Shown: positions 50,649-63,520 of the stretch, piece by piece | Position numbering within the stretch: position 1 is the stretch's first letter | Layout: each line of letters opens with the position of its first letter | Assembly: GCA_026770705.1 (NCBI GenBank) | Contig: JANJGN010000014.1 | Coordinates: 104,656,001 to 104,720,000 of the forward strand | DNA: 64,000 bases | Reading direction: 5' to 3' | Origin: Isurus oxyrinchus | Lineage: Eukaryota | Notes under the pieces: generated by a model | The model's input: only the letters and a program-made list of their open reading frames with translations | What the model was told of the DNA's origin: nothing | The model's database searches: none | Made by a program: the position numbers and the translations under genes

Positions 50649-52139
50649 TTCTTTCAAGAAACTCAGAATGATTGATTTATTATAAAATGAAACTTATTTT
50701 TAAAACAAGTTGCAAGAACTGGTTACCACAAAATTTATAATGTGGAAGTGAAATTATCTAACTCTTTTGAAATACCCCAGTGCACATAAACACACACACA
50801 CACACACACACACACAAATAGGATCTCTGCAGAGATGGGCAGTTGAAGAAAAGATGTTTTTTAAAAAAGGATAACATTTGTAGGATTTGCTGTCAACCTG
50901 GACCACCCTCTTGTGAAGATACATCTCTCATCTGGATATTTTCACCAATGGAGCTTCAGCATAGAGGAGACTACAGCCAGGTCAATCCTTCCTGTTTCAG
51001 CTTCTCGTGTTTCCAAATACAGGCAAGTTCCACTGAGACAAGGATTCCTAGCAGAATACTGATAGCTACACAGTATTCAAGCAAGGCAAGGAGAGTGTGA
51101 ACTGGGCAGTTTTCCCCCCTCTTGGTTCATTCCCAAATGAGGCAAAAAAAAAGTTCAAAACTTAAAGCTCATCTACCAGTAAATCACAAGGGATTTTGCC
51201 TTTAAAACAGCTTTTTGCCCCCCAGCCATTTAAGTTCAAATAAGCAAATAGCTCTCCTCCTCAAGTACCATGCTGGTTAAATGATATCTTTGAAAAGGCG
51301 TGCTTGAATTTAGGACCTTTTTAAAACAAATTTAGGTTTCCAAATAATGCAACATTCTTCAAAATTGTAAAAGAAAAATGCAGTTCTTGTAGATGTGGTT
51401 TGCCTAACACTTGTTAAAGAGCATGGAGTCCTAATTGCTCCATACTTTCCTTGTAACTCATATAACCCTTTCCTATTATCATGCTGGAAAATTTAGTCCT
51501 CACATTGAGAAACCCAAATAACAGAGAATTCCAAATGTGGCCTAACTGGTTCTCCTGACTCCACAATCAAGAGAAGTTACTTATTTTGACCTCTTCTGCC
51601 ATTGGATCCTTTACCATTGCCTTCCCAGCTGTTAAGAGTGCAATAGCATTTGGATCCTGAACTGCCTATTAAAAAAGGACCCTGCTGGCTTCAGGTAGAT
51701 GTCCTTGTTGCCTGCTCAAAAAAGCAGGATAAATTGATGAAGGCAAGATCAGCACGGAACATCAGCAGGTAAGTCAGCAAGCTGATTTTAACTGTCCATC
51801 CACTAGGCAAATAAAGTTAAAATCATGAGTTATAATCTTGATTCCCCATCTACAACACTACAGGAGATAGATTAATAATACCTTTAAATATCTTACATCC
51901 CTACAGTTCCTGTCGATGTTTTCCATTACCACTACATACTTTTTACAATTTATACAGGAAACTGCTTATGTGAACATCTCATAATAATTACATATCCCCT
52001 CCACTGTATTATCACCACAGGATGTAATCACAGTACAATGAACTTACAGAAAAAGTTATGATTATAAATGTGAAATTTATAACATAAATTTAAAATTAAG
52101 GATAAAATCAATTAATTTAGAAAGGGACTGAATTACATT

Positions 52140-52720
52140 TGTGCACTTGTTCAACCATCGCTTGCCTCTAACCTGAACCTTCTATGTGCAATGCAAAATT
52201 GGTCACAACAGAGACCCCTGAGGAACCTCAATAGCTATACCCATCATTCCATCACCTGTAAGGCCAAGGAATATCCATTTACAACCATACTTTGAGTCTG
52301 TCTTTATAAACAAAGGTTATGATTTTCTCAACCAATTTCTGATGCTGCACTTTGTCAAATGCTTTCTGGAAATCAAAACATCTATTCATGTAATACACTT
52401 GCCATGATTATCTCAAAAAGTTCTACTTAGATAAGTCAGACATGACATATCTTTTACAGTGTTTACTTTCTTGGATCAGTCAATAACCTAAGAATTCATT
52501 TGTTTTATCTTGAATTATAGTCCCTAGTTATTCTACTAAGGATGTAGGGTTAACCAGTTAATAGTTATTTAATGTGTCCCTTTCCCCTTTCAGAATAGAA
52601 TAGAGATGTAACATTTCCTATAGTCATCAGTCCTTTGATTTAGGCTCTAAAGAATTTTGAAAAGTCAAGATTCGTCCTTCTGCTACCTTCTGTCACTTCA
52701 GGATTGCATACCATCTGGCC
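52140..52720 (-). mobile_element. Highly degenerate CR1 RT fragment
   Basis: gagacccctgagg (GVPQGS-like), ctttgtcaaatgctttctggaaatcaa (DF.KAFDK), taaccagttaatagtta (NY.PV). Confidence 0.6.
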
Positions 52721-52987
52721 CAACTTTGACCACACATTTTTGTCATTACACAACTTACTTAAACATAGTAAAACTTATCAGTTCAACTTTGTTACTGTTC
52801 AGAATTGTCCAAAAATGCCATCTTCACTTTCTCTCACATTACGTGATGGCCTATAATGCACTCTCACTGTAACAGGTTTTTCTTATTATTTCTTAACCCC
52901 GACCAGATAGAATTTATGTGAGCCTCACCGTGCATAAAAGATTTCCTATGCATAGCTGATTTTATTGTGTAGTCATTCTGAACAAAC

Positions 52988-55900
52988 GGGGGAAGAAAAT
53001 TGTGCACTGGCGTTGGGCATCATAGAGGGCAGGGGGTACAATATGGTGAGAATCCCAAAAATTGGTTTCACACCATTGTGAAACCAGTTTGCAATCGTCT
53101 GCTCCACTTGTCAATGGCGGGCTGCATCTGCCACCGCTGCACGTTGGGAACCTAATTTCAATACATTAGTATCTCATTATAAGCTCTACTCACCAGAATC
53201 ATCCCTCCATGTGAAATTTACCGCCCCTGTCAGCATGATTTTGGAATGGCGTGCTTCACGACTGCCTTTAAAAGGCATGTACCTGGCGACCTGAACCTCG
53301 AGGGGAACTTGGAGTTGAGTGCACACAACGTTGCGCAGCGCTCGCAAGCATCTCCCTTAGGGCATTAAGGAAGAGGCACCGTGCATTCACAGGCAAGTCG
53401 CCTTTTCCCAGCTGGCTTTCAGTGCGGTGCCAGGGTGAATGCTCTAGTGAGGGGGGAGGGGGTGCAAAGGCAGCACAGTCTGAAGAAAGTACACAAGCAC
53501 ATGCCAGGGGACAAGGCAGCTCAGACTGAAGGAAGTAATCAAGCACATGCTGGGGTGGGTGGGGGAGTTGGTGGGTGGGGTAAGGGAAGGGGCCACGCAC
53601 TTGGAAAAGCTTGTCAAAAGAGCATTCTTCCACAGCTGAGCCCGTTCAGCTGCAGCTCCATTGATATGCTTGGAGTCAGGCCTCTGAAGCTTTTCTGTCC
53701 ACTCAAGCAATGCAAGGCATGAAAGTGCCACCAAATGCTTCAGAATTTTTCAATCCTTGGGCACAGACTGCAAATTAATGTGTGTTCTTGGGGGCAGCAG
53801 AGCAATTGGGTAACTGGGCAAGTTGTAGAATCCCCTTGTGAAAGGTGGTCATGGTGCAGTCACTGTTGCAGGCACTCAAAGACCATTGCAATGTCTTCAT
53901 TACAGAGTGGACCAGTGTCCATTATGGTTCAAGCTAACAGTGCTGCCCTGCAGTGTGGGTTAGGAAAATGCCTGAGCTGAGAGCACAGCAGTGCAGTGGT
54001 CAAAGCTGCTGCCAATTGGTCAAGTAAAGTGGGGCAGAGGTGGGTGGAATTTCAGATAGTCAGTGAGTGCACTACACACTTGCTATCCAAGTGGTGGCCA
54101 GCACTCTCCTGCATGAGTGAAAGGGCCTTCAGACTTAACCAAGAGAGGTTCTTAGGACACCAAACCTACGTGTCTCTCTCTTTGATTCTGGAGGAGAACA
54201 TCAGGATCATGGAGCCTGATGGTTTAGCGGTATGTCTCATGGCTTACAGGGAGCAGAAAAGAAGAAAGCGGCGGAGGCTCTTGGCTCAGCAAAGAGAGGA
54301 GTACTTCCCTCAAAATGAGGGGGCGGCAGGGCCTCCTGCACGCAGCTGAAGATCCACAGTGAGCTCCTAAGCACTTCACTAGACCCAGGGACTATAGACC
54401 GTGCCAGTCATTCCAGCAGATGACTGAGAACCAGTGCCACTGAAGACTACACATGTCTAGGGAACTGATTGGTCACGTATGGCACATGCTGCTCTGGGGA
54501 TGTGGAGGGCGCCAGGAAGCAAGAGCTCTGGGATTTGAGCAAATCTCTGGTTTTCCACAGGTGCAGGGTGCCATTGACTGCACTCAAGTGGTGCTTAGGT
54601 CTCTGTGGCAACAAGCAGTCAACTACGTCAAACTCAAGGGCTTCCAGTCACTGAATGTTCAGCTGCTGTGCAACCACCACAAATGCATCCTAAAGGTCTC
54701 TGCACGATTCCCAGAGACAGTCCATGACTTCTACATCTTTAGCAGCTCTCAGGTCCCTGACATCTTCCAGGGTCCAGAGAGGCTGCAGGGTTGGCTCCTC
54801 TGGGACAAGGGCTACCCACGGAGGAGGTGGCTGATGATGCCCATGCGGCAGCCTCAGACTGCAACAGAGTGATGGTATAATAAGGCTCACGCTGTGACCT
54901 GGACTTTGCTAGAGCAAACGATAGGCATTTTGAAAATGAGGTTCTGGTGCCGTGACAGGTCCGGTGGTGTGCTGCAATACAGTCCTGAGAGGGTGTCGCA
55001 CATCATTGTTGCTTGTTGTGCGCTGCACAGCCTGGCAGTGCAACGGTGGGAGGACCTGGCTGAGGAGGGGAAGGAGGAGCTGCACAAATCCTCTGATGAG
55101 GAGGATGTTGAAGGGGTCAACAATGATGAGGTCCTCGAAGGCAAGGATGCCAATGATGAGGCCATCGCACCACCATTGTCAGCAAAGAAATGGCCCAGAT
55201 CGTCGTCGGCCAGCTGGATTACTCTATTTTCAAATAGGGCCTTGATGTCAGGCATTCCTCCACTAGTCTGCTACCTCTCCCTTTTGCTGTGTGTCAGCTT
55301 GATCTGCATGAATACAGATGGCGAGAGTGTAAACACAACGCCTGCTGGGACAGGTGAGAAGGATGCCTGGCATGTGAGTGCTGACATGGATGGGATGATA
55401 ACAAGATCTGCAGGGCAGATGCAGTTGTGTGTGAGAGAGTGAATGGTGATGTCCCTCGAACTGGCAGTGAATGAGATCCAGGGGATGTATGATGGGTTTG
55501 TGATTGTGTGAGTTGAGAGTGATGAGAAGAGTGACCTACCCTTGTGGAACAGAGGAGATCATTCATCCTCTTTCGGCACTGGATGGCTGTCCTCTTTTGC
55601 AGGGCATTGGCGCTGACCACTGCTGCCACCACCTCCCAAGCTGGACTGGTAACCTTGCTTCCTGGTCTTCATGCAGAGCTGGGGTAGAGGACTTCACAAC
55701 GGGCCTTCACTGCGTCCAATAGGCATCCAAGGGAGGCAATCGCTAAATTTGGGGGCAGCATGTTTCCTCACTTTGGCAGTGATGACTTTCCATCTTTGAC
55801 TTTTTGATCCCTTAGAGAGTACTAGCTCTGTGCAGCAGTGCACTTTAAATACGGTTCCCAGATTACTGAAGGCCTGAGGTGATGGCGGGGTAGGCAAATA

Positions 55901-56065
55901 AGAGGCCAGCAATCCAGAGTGTTTCCCATGCATGCATTACTAATGAGGCAGGACGCACTGGGAATGGGGCGAAAAGGCACGAAAACCAGTCATTGTGACC
56001 ATTAGGTAAAACCACTTCTTTCATGCTGCTACTGCACTTAGAGCAAATCTAAGACAATTCTGCCC
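52988..56065 (+). mobile_element. PIF/Harbinger transposon with convergent DDE transposase (+) and Myb/SANT (-) pseudogenes
   Basis: DDE at about 54209-55200 (GFPQVQGAIDCT, PETVHD, DKGYP, EQTIGILKMRF, IIVACCALH). Myb/SANT on the minus strand at about 55790-55530 (VSANALQKRTAIQCRKRMNDLL). Imperfect TIRs ggggaagaaaattgt / acaattctgccc. Confidence 0.88.
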
Positions 56066-56625
56066 ATGTCTAACATAAGTGTCTACCACAAGTGGTGCTG
56101 GCATATAAAGGCGAATGCCTAAAAAGGGCAGGAATATTAAAATGGAATGACATACTACAACATATTTCCTGTTATTTGCATGCTAGCAACACTGGCTACA
56201 GGGGATACTGGCATAATGCTATAGAGAGCAAATAGTAAAATCACCATTAATTAGTAAGATCATCTCTCCTCCATTTTTTTCCATTGCCGTATCACCTGGA
56301 AATTTCATAGCCAAATATATTTAGTTCCAGCCCTGCAAGTCTTACATAACTTGTTTTACTACCAGGTCATAGGAACTAGATTCAAAGATCTTAGAGACGC
56401 AAATAAATGAAAGTAGTTTCAAATTAAATACACTTCAGTGCCAAATTCAAACCAAGCTCCTTCTACTCAATCAGCTTCCTTCTTCCTGACCACTTCAGGA
56501 TGATCAACTTTTAGGAAATAAAATAAGGGTCATGGCTGATCATGGGACCGGGGTGGAGAGGTGCGGGTGAGAATGGGGGGGAGAGGGGTTGTGTTGGAGG
56601 AGAGGGGGTTATTAATCAATTCAAT

Positions 56626-56903
56626 GGGCAGAATTTTGCCGTCAGCGAGCAGAGGGTGGGGCCCGCTCGCTGACGTGTAAAATGACGCGAGATGACGTCA
56701 GGTGAAACCCTCGACATTATCCCGTCCCATTTAAATTTTCAGGAAGGCGGGGGCACAGCAAAATCAGCTGCAGGCCCGCCGACCTGTCAATGGCCAATTG
56801 GCGGTAAAATGGCGGTGCGGCCCGCTTTGCTGGCGGGGATCGGCTCCCCGCCCGCCGGAGATTGGGTCGGGCCTGCCCAACCGACAGGCAGAAAATTCTG
56901 CCC
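56626..56903. mobile_element. Short (278 bp) CpG-rich PIF/Harbinger MITE
   Basis: Perfect TIRs gggcagaatttt / aaaattctgccc; AAT on both flanks (3-bp TSD). Confidence 0.85.
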
Positions 56904-58445
56904 AATGAAAGAAAGAAGCTGAATGTACATCTCCATTCTTCCAGTTCACCTCTCCTGGGGCTCCTTCTCCACCTTGTGGCTGATGGAAGGAGTGCAGTGC
57001 TGCTACACATGGGCTGCAGCACGAGAAGCCTCCCAGCAATTTCCCAGATTGCACCCCAAGAAATGCAGTAGCACTACTGGGCAAATAGCATTCTGGGTAG
57101 ACATAAAATGGGACGGGGGCAAATGGTTAAATCACAGGGCAATCCTGTACATGCACCCTGGACCACTTGCAACTCAATGGCCTCAAGTTCTGTAGTCTAC
57201 TGGAATCTACTAAATACAACACAATCTATTCAAAAAGCCCCCGCTTTTAACTCTATCACCCAGTTGGTCACAAAAGGGGTGAGCGTGAGGTTAAAATGAG
57301 CTAAGTATACATACTGGCCCCAAGTCAACCAGTTCCAGTCTGCCGGCATTTTAGTAGTAGCAGACCTTTGCAGGGGCGAAGCTCATGCTGAGACAAACTG
57401 AAGTCTTATGAATACAGCTTCAACACTGGCATCTACCCAGCAATGTGAAAAACTGTCTAGGAGTGTTCTGTCCACAAAAAGCAGGCAAATCCAACCTGGC
57501 CAATTACCACTCCATCAGACTACTCTCATTCACTGGCAAAGTGATGGAACAGGTCGTCGAGAGTCCTATCAAATGGCACTTACACAGCAATAACTTCATC
57601 ACCCATGCTCAGCTTGGATTTCACCAAGTTTACTCAGCTCCTGGTCTCATTCCAGACTTAGTCCAAACATGGCCAAAAGACGGAACATGAGAGGTGTGGC
57701 GAGAGTCACTGCCCTTGACATCAAAGCAGCATTTGACTGAGTGTGGCATCAAGGACCCCTAGCAAAACTGAAGCCAGTGGGAATCAGGGAGAAAACTCTC
57801 CACAGGTTGGAATTATATCTAGCATAAAGGAAGATGGTTGTCATTGTTGGAAGTCAATCATCTCATTCCCAGGTCATCACTGCAGGAGTTCATCAGGGTA
57901 GTGTTCAAGGCTCAACCATCTTCAGCTGCTTCATCAATGACCCTCCTTCCATCATAAGGTCAGAAGTGGAGATGTTTGCAGATGATTGCATAATATTCAG
58001 CACCGTTCATGACTCCACAGTTACTGAAACAGTCCATGTCCATATGCAATAGACCTACACAATATTCAGGCTTGGGCTTATAAGATGCAGGTAACATTCA
58101 CACCACACGAGTGCCAAGCCATGACCATCTCAACAAAAGAGAATCTAACCATCTGCCCTTGATATTCCATGATATTACCATCACTGAATTCTCCCAGTAT
58201 CAACATCTTGGGGTTTGCCATTGACTACACTGGACATGTCATATAAATACTGTAGCTACAAGAGCAGGTCAGAGGCTGTGAATTCTACAGCAAACAACAC
58301 AATTCCTGACTCCCCAAAGTCTGCCCACCATCTACATCACACAAGTCAGGAGCGTGATGGTACATTCTCCACTTGCGTGGATGAGTGCAGCTCCAGCAAC
58401 ACTCAAAAAGCTCGACACCATAGAGGACAAAGCAACTGTTTGATT

Positions 58446-59286
58446 TGTCATAGAGGTATTTTTGTTATGAACAGCATTTGGTAAAAGCTGAGTTGTTTAA
58501 ATCCCAGATGGAAAATTGAAGAACTGTCATAACCTACGTTTTTAATTGGTATGTTTGAGATGCAGCTCTGAATTTAGGAATAAAACCACCAAGCCTCAAG
58601 AGGTTTTTTTTATATAAAACAAAATTAAACATTTATTAATTTAACAATAAATTAAACACATATACATGTCTACAAATTACAACTATAATAACTTTTAAAC
58701 AAATCCACAAATTAATCACTCCCAGGTAAATCTTTACCAAGACAACAGTAACCCATAGAATTTAAAGAGACACCAAGCAAAGCACATTTGACCATACAAA
58801 TTCAAAATGAGGTTCCTTTCAATGTCCATACACAGTTGTAGGCTTACAGGCTGGTTAGATCTTACATGCCCCTGACTGACACACACAAACTCCTTTCTGC
58901 TTATACCCAGCTTCCCCTTTGAAAATGTAAATTTTCCATTGTATTACTAGGTTTAAAATTTTACCTCTCCTAACAATAAGCCCTTTCATTCCACCAATTT
59001 TATTATGAAAAAAATAAACACATTGTTTGGTGTCTTCTATCTAGGTGTAAGATTTGACTGATTGGTTTGAATGGTTCATTTAAAAAATGCAAATTTACAC
59101 TTTACCTTCTACTCCTTACATTTATCTAAATTAACTACTATACATCAAAGCACCCAGACTAACTGGCTTTAATCCAATTAACCACACACACCGACATGCA
59201 CAAAGACTCAAACACAGACCCGACTATAAGTCCAATTTAAAAATAATTTTCAATAACATTATAGACATTAATATCTCTTCATAAAA
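58446..59286. mobile_element. Solo LTR-like element (family X), copy 1
   Basis: Homologous along its length to 59521-60282; TG start; gatt duplicated on both flanks. Confidence 0.7.
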
Positions 59287-59520
59287 GATTGGCACCCCAT
59301 TCATCACCTTAAACATTCACTCCCTCCACCATCGAAACACATGGCAGCAGTGTGTACCAACTGCAAAATGCACTTCAGCAACTCAGCAAGGCTCCTTTGA
59401 TAGAACATTCCAAATCTGTGGCCTCTACCACCTAGAAGGGCAAGGGCAGCAGATACCTGGGAACACCACCACCTGCAAGTTCCCCTCCAAGTCCACACAC
59501 CATCCTTCAGTGTTGCTGGG

Positions 59521-60282
59521 TGTTATGACACAGCAGTTGGTAAAGGCTGTTATTTAAAATTCCAGAGGGAAACTTTAAACAACAGTCATAAACTATTTTC
59601 AAGTGGTATGTTTGAGATGAGGTTCTCAATACATGAGTAAGACCACCAGTTCTCGAGAGGTTTTCATACCAAATTACATGAGACATTTAACAAGTTAAAC
59701 ATATACACATGGCTACAAATTACTACTATCATAACTTTGTTTTAAAAAAATTCCCAAACTAATCTCCACTAGGGCAACAACTACCCATAGACTTTAAGCA
59801 GACACCAGGCAAAGCATTTTCATTTTACAGATTCGAAATGTGGTCCCTTTCACTTTGTTTCCTTTGCAGACAGTTGTAGACTTACAGCTGCTTTGATGTT
59901 ACATGCCTCTGCCATGCACACACAAAACTACTTTCTGTTATACCCAACTCTTCTCTTTGAATATAAATTCTCATTGTAGTATCAGGTCCTTTGAACTCCA
60001 TCTCTTCTAACAATAAAAGCCCTTTCATAGTACCAATTTTATTAGAAATATAAACATATTGCTTGGTGTCTCCTAGCTAGGTGCAAGATTTCATTTACAT
60101 TCTTTGGATGCTCTATTCAACAAAATACAAATGTCCTCTACCTCTGCGTTTACATCTCAAAACTACTATACATCAAAGAACCCAGACTAGCTGGCTTTAA
60201 TCAAATTAAACACACATAGACACACCCACAGACTAAACCTCTATTTAAAAATAATATTATATACATTAACAGCTTCATGACA
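59521..60282. mobile_element. Solo LTR-like element (family X), copy 2
   Basis: TGTTATGA...TCATGACA inverted ends; TSD ctggg/ttggg. Confidence 0.75.
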
Positions 60283-60629
60283 TTGGGTCAAAGTCCTGCA
60301 GCTCCCTTCCTAAAAGCACTGTGGGTGTACCTGTACCACATGGACTGCAATGGTTCAAGAAGGCCACTCACCAACACCTTCTCAAGGGCAATTAGAGATG
60401 GCAATAAATGTTGACCTGGCCAGCAATGCCCACATCCCATGAAAGAATAAATGAAAAAAATCCCTCTGTAAAACAGGATTTAATAATGTAATTAGGACCC
60501 AGTGTGATGTTTACTGGGAGAATACAGAATTCATACCCATCAGCAAAATTTTCAAGGAATTCTACTTAATAAGATTCTGGACATGTCCAAAACTCAGATT
60601 AGTTGCAGGTGCTGTAAATGGCTATTTTG

Positions 60630-61750
60630 AACCGTGAGCTTGTTATTGCTTATTTTTTTTGGACATCTCTGCTTTTTCTGCATCCCTATCCACCAGCAGA
60701 CAGAAAATACTAAGCATAGTCACTGCCTTTGCTGTACTGAATTGGATACAGGAGGCAGAGGAAGAAGAAGGAAGAGCAGCATCAGAAAACTTAAAGAAGC
60801 AGGAGCTTCAGGAGACTCTCAGAGAAGACAGCTGGTGAGAGTGCATCCTCACAGGAGGTTTTACCCAGTCCACATGGTATACAGACCCAGGGTCACCTTC
60901 TTTGACCTGTCTGAGGAGCAGTGCCTCAAGAGGTTGAGATTGGCCAGGCAGAATGAACCTTGCAACCTCCTGGAAGTAGACCTGCTGACTGGTGAGAAGG
61001 ACAGTAAATAGAAACAACCCCCTCAACTTTGGAAACTTCCAGACTGCAATGGGGTACATCTCAGGGGTATCACACTCAACCACCCACAAGCAATCAGGCA
61101 GATCACAGATGCAACTTTTGTTAGGGCCAGTCAGTGCATCTCAATTAAGGTGGATGAAAACAGCCAGAATAAGAGAGCCTTGTGCTTTGCTGCTTTGACT
61201 GGTTGTCCCTGAGCTGAAGATAGATAGCAGAGTCATCAGGGTACCTCAAGGTCTGGCCAAATCTTTTATAAATTGGAGATAGTTTCATTCAATATATATA
61301 ATCAGAAGAAGATGATTATGCAAGTCAGTGTCTCTACTCAGGAATCTGTTATGATGCTTCAATTTTAAAGCTTCCAATATCCCCTCACTGTTCCAATCTG
61401 GGGGCAACCTTAAAAGACAGCTGTTTGCAGACAAGCACAACCCCTCCTACCAGGATTGGTGGTGATCTTTGAACATCCCATTCAGCAGAGCAGATATACC
61501 AACAGGCATGCCGCAAAAAGATGTGTCATTAACAGGCCATTGGAATGCTCAAGATTTATGTGCCCTGACAGGTCCCAGGCTCCCTGCAATATTCCCTATC
61601 CAGGGTTTCACAAATCAATGTGGCATGCTGCACTGCCTTCTCTTGCAAAAAAGGAAGAGAAGAGTCATAACTGGCTAGTGAGGATGTGTGATAGTTCTGA
61701 TCTAGTGTATAAGATGAAAGGCAGAAGAAGGAACATGGAATGAGAATGGA
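60630..61750 (+). mobile_element. Highly degenerate Harbinger transposase region
   Basis: RRFYPVHMVYRPRVTFFDLSEEQCLKRLRL and GNFQTAMGYISGVSHSTTH resemble the HARBI1-like N-terminus. Confidence 0.65.
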
Positions 61751-61967
61751 GAAACTATGAAATGCAGTAATTGTCTTGTGAATTGGGAAGTAGTGATAAT
61801 TTATGGGGCAAGATGAGCAATTGAAATCAGATGAGAAAAGGATGGCATGAGAAGCAGCAATGAAAAGTGCAAGCAGGATATGAGTGTATGCTGGGGATGA
61901 GGTAGAGGTGGTATTTGTGATGATGGTGGGTGAAGTGATGCAAGGACGTGGATTAGTGTTTTTTTTT

Positions 61968-62262
61968 TACTCATTCATGGGATGTGAACTTTACTGTCAA
62001 AGTGAGCTTTTATTGCCCATCCCTAATTGCCCTTGAGAAGGTAATGGTGAGCTGCCTTCTTGAACCACTGCAGTCAATGTGGTGTAGGTACACCCACAGT
62101 GCTGTTAGGGAGGGAGTTCCAGAATTTTGACCTAATGACAGTGAAGGAACAGTGACATACTTCCAAAACAGGAAGGTGTGTAGCTTGGAGTAAAAGTTGC
62201 AGGTGGCGGTGTTTCCATTGCCCTTGTCCTCCTAGGTTGCAAAGGGCTCAGGATTGGAAGAA
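61968..62262 (-). mobile_element. LINE L-A 3' end
   Basis: attcatgggatgtg...tattgcccatccctaattgcccttgagaagg. Confidence 0.85.
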
Positions 62263-62389
62263 TGTCTTTGTTTCAGCCTTAGTTGTGTGGGCATGACAAA
62301 CTAATATTTGTATTCTGCCAACATTTGTACAGGTAGCACTAGCTAAACCTGCTGATATGGTAGTCCTGATAATGAAAACATTTTTTAAA

Positions 62390-63520
62390 ATGTATTCGCC
62401 CATGGGATGTGGGAATTTATTGCCCATCCCGAGTTGCCCTTGAGAAAGTGGTGGTGAATCACCTTCTTGAAGCGCAGCAGCCCATGTGATGTAGGTATAA
62501 CCACGGTACTGTTAGGAAGGGATTTCCAGGATTTTGATTCAGTGACAGCGAAGGAACAGTGATATAGTTCCAAGTCAGAATGATCTGTAGCTTGGAGGGG
62601 AACTTGCATTCCCATGCATCTGCTGCCCTTGTCCTTCCTGGTGGTAGAGGGCATGGGTTTGGAAGATGCTGTCAAAGGAGCCTTGGTGAGTTGCAGCAAT
62701 GCATCTTATAGGTTGCACAATGGCAGCAGTGTGTAAATTGGTGGTGGAGTGAATGGTGAAGGAAGTGGATGGGGTGCCAATCAAGTGGGCTGCTTTATCC
62801 TGGATGGTTTCATTCTTCTTGAGTATTGTTGGAGCTCCACTCATCCAGCAAGTGGAGAGTATTCCATCACACTCCTGACTTGTGCCTTGTAGATGGTGGA
62901 CAGCTTTGGGAGTCAGGAGGTAAGTTACTCACCACAGAATTCCCAGTCTCTGACCTGCTTTTGTAGCCATAGTATTTATATGGCTTGTCCAGTTCAATTC
63001 CTGGTCAATGGTAACCCATTGATAGTGGAGGATTCAGCAATGGTAATGCCATTGAATGTCAAGGGGCGAATGGTTAGATTCTCATTATATAAAAATAAAA
63101 AACTGTGAATGCTGGAAATCCAAAACAAAAACAGAATTACCTGGAAAAACTCAGCAGGTCTGGCAGCATCGGCGGAGAAGAAAAGAGTTGACGTTTCAAG
63201 TCCTCATGACCCTTCAACAGAACTAGGTGAATCCAAGGAGAGGAGTGAAATATAAGCAGAAATATTTTATATTTCACCCCTCTCCTTGGATTCACCTAGT
63301 TCTGCTGAAGGGTCATGAGGACTTGAAACGTCAACTCTTTTCTTCTCCGCCGATGCTGCCAGACCTGCTGAGTTTTTCCAGGTAATTCTGTTTTTGTTAT
63401 GGTTAGATTCTCTCTTGCTGAAGATGGTCATTGCCTGGCACTTGTGTGGCACAAATGTTACTTGCTACTTATTATGCCAAGCCTGAATGTTGTCCAGGTC
63501 TTGATGCATTTGGACATGGA
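62390..63520 (-). mobile_element. LINE L-A 3' portion, interrupted by a Penelope palindrome
   Basis: Reverse complement of about 17290-18100. Confidence 0.85.
63084..63398. mobile_element. Penelope P1-type inverted terminal-repeat insertion with hammerhead motifs
   Basis: Arms at 63124-63255 and 63267-63398 (2 mismatches), 11-bp spacer; TSD atggttagattctc at 63070-63083 and 63399-63412. Confidence 0.9.

Larger units (their letters stand above)
45360..51409 (-). mobile_element. Degenerate Gypsy LTR retrotransposon, Gmr1-type (gag-PR-INT-RT-RH)
   Basis: Diverged LTRs at about 45360-45963 and 49995-51409 (TGTT...AACA). PBS at 49989-49972; PPT next to 45963. gag (WTLLLQSML.GRA.EVY, 49082-49324), knuckle CFHCNKVGLVRANC, protease LRDTGA near 48480, integrase YWPG...C..C and GPLP at 47780-47540, RT (LCIDYRKVN, MPF, YLDD) at 47387-46824, RNase H near 46480-46150. 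Confidence 0.9.
57400..60460 (+). mobile_element. LINE L-A (RT plus tail) split by two solo LTRs
   Basis: RT at 57400-58445 (EMFADDC); resumes at 59287-59520 and 60283-60460; collinear with 16660-18112. Confidence 0.88.

Noticed and set aside
42878-55200. Host HARBI1 or MSANTD genes
   Set aside because: Multiple frameshifts and stops, several diverged copies and TIR-like ends indicate transposon relics.
58446-60282. A single TRIM-like element with two LTRs and a short internal region
   Set aside because: The spacer is the continuing host LINE, and each repeat has its own target duplication.
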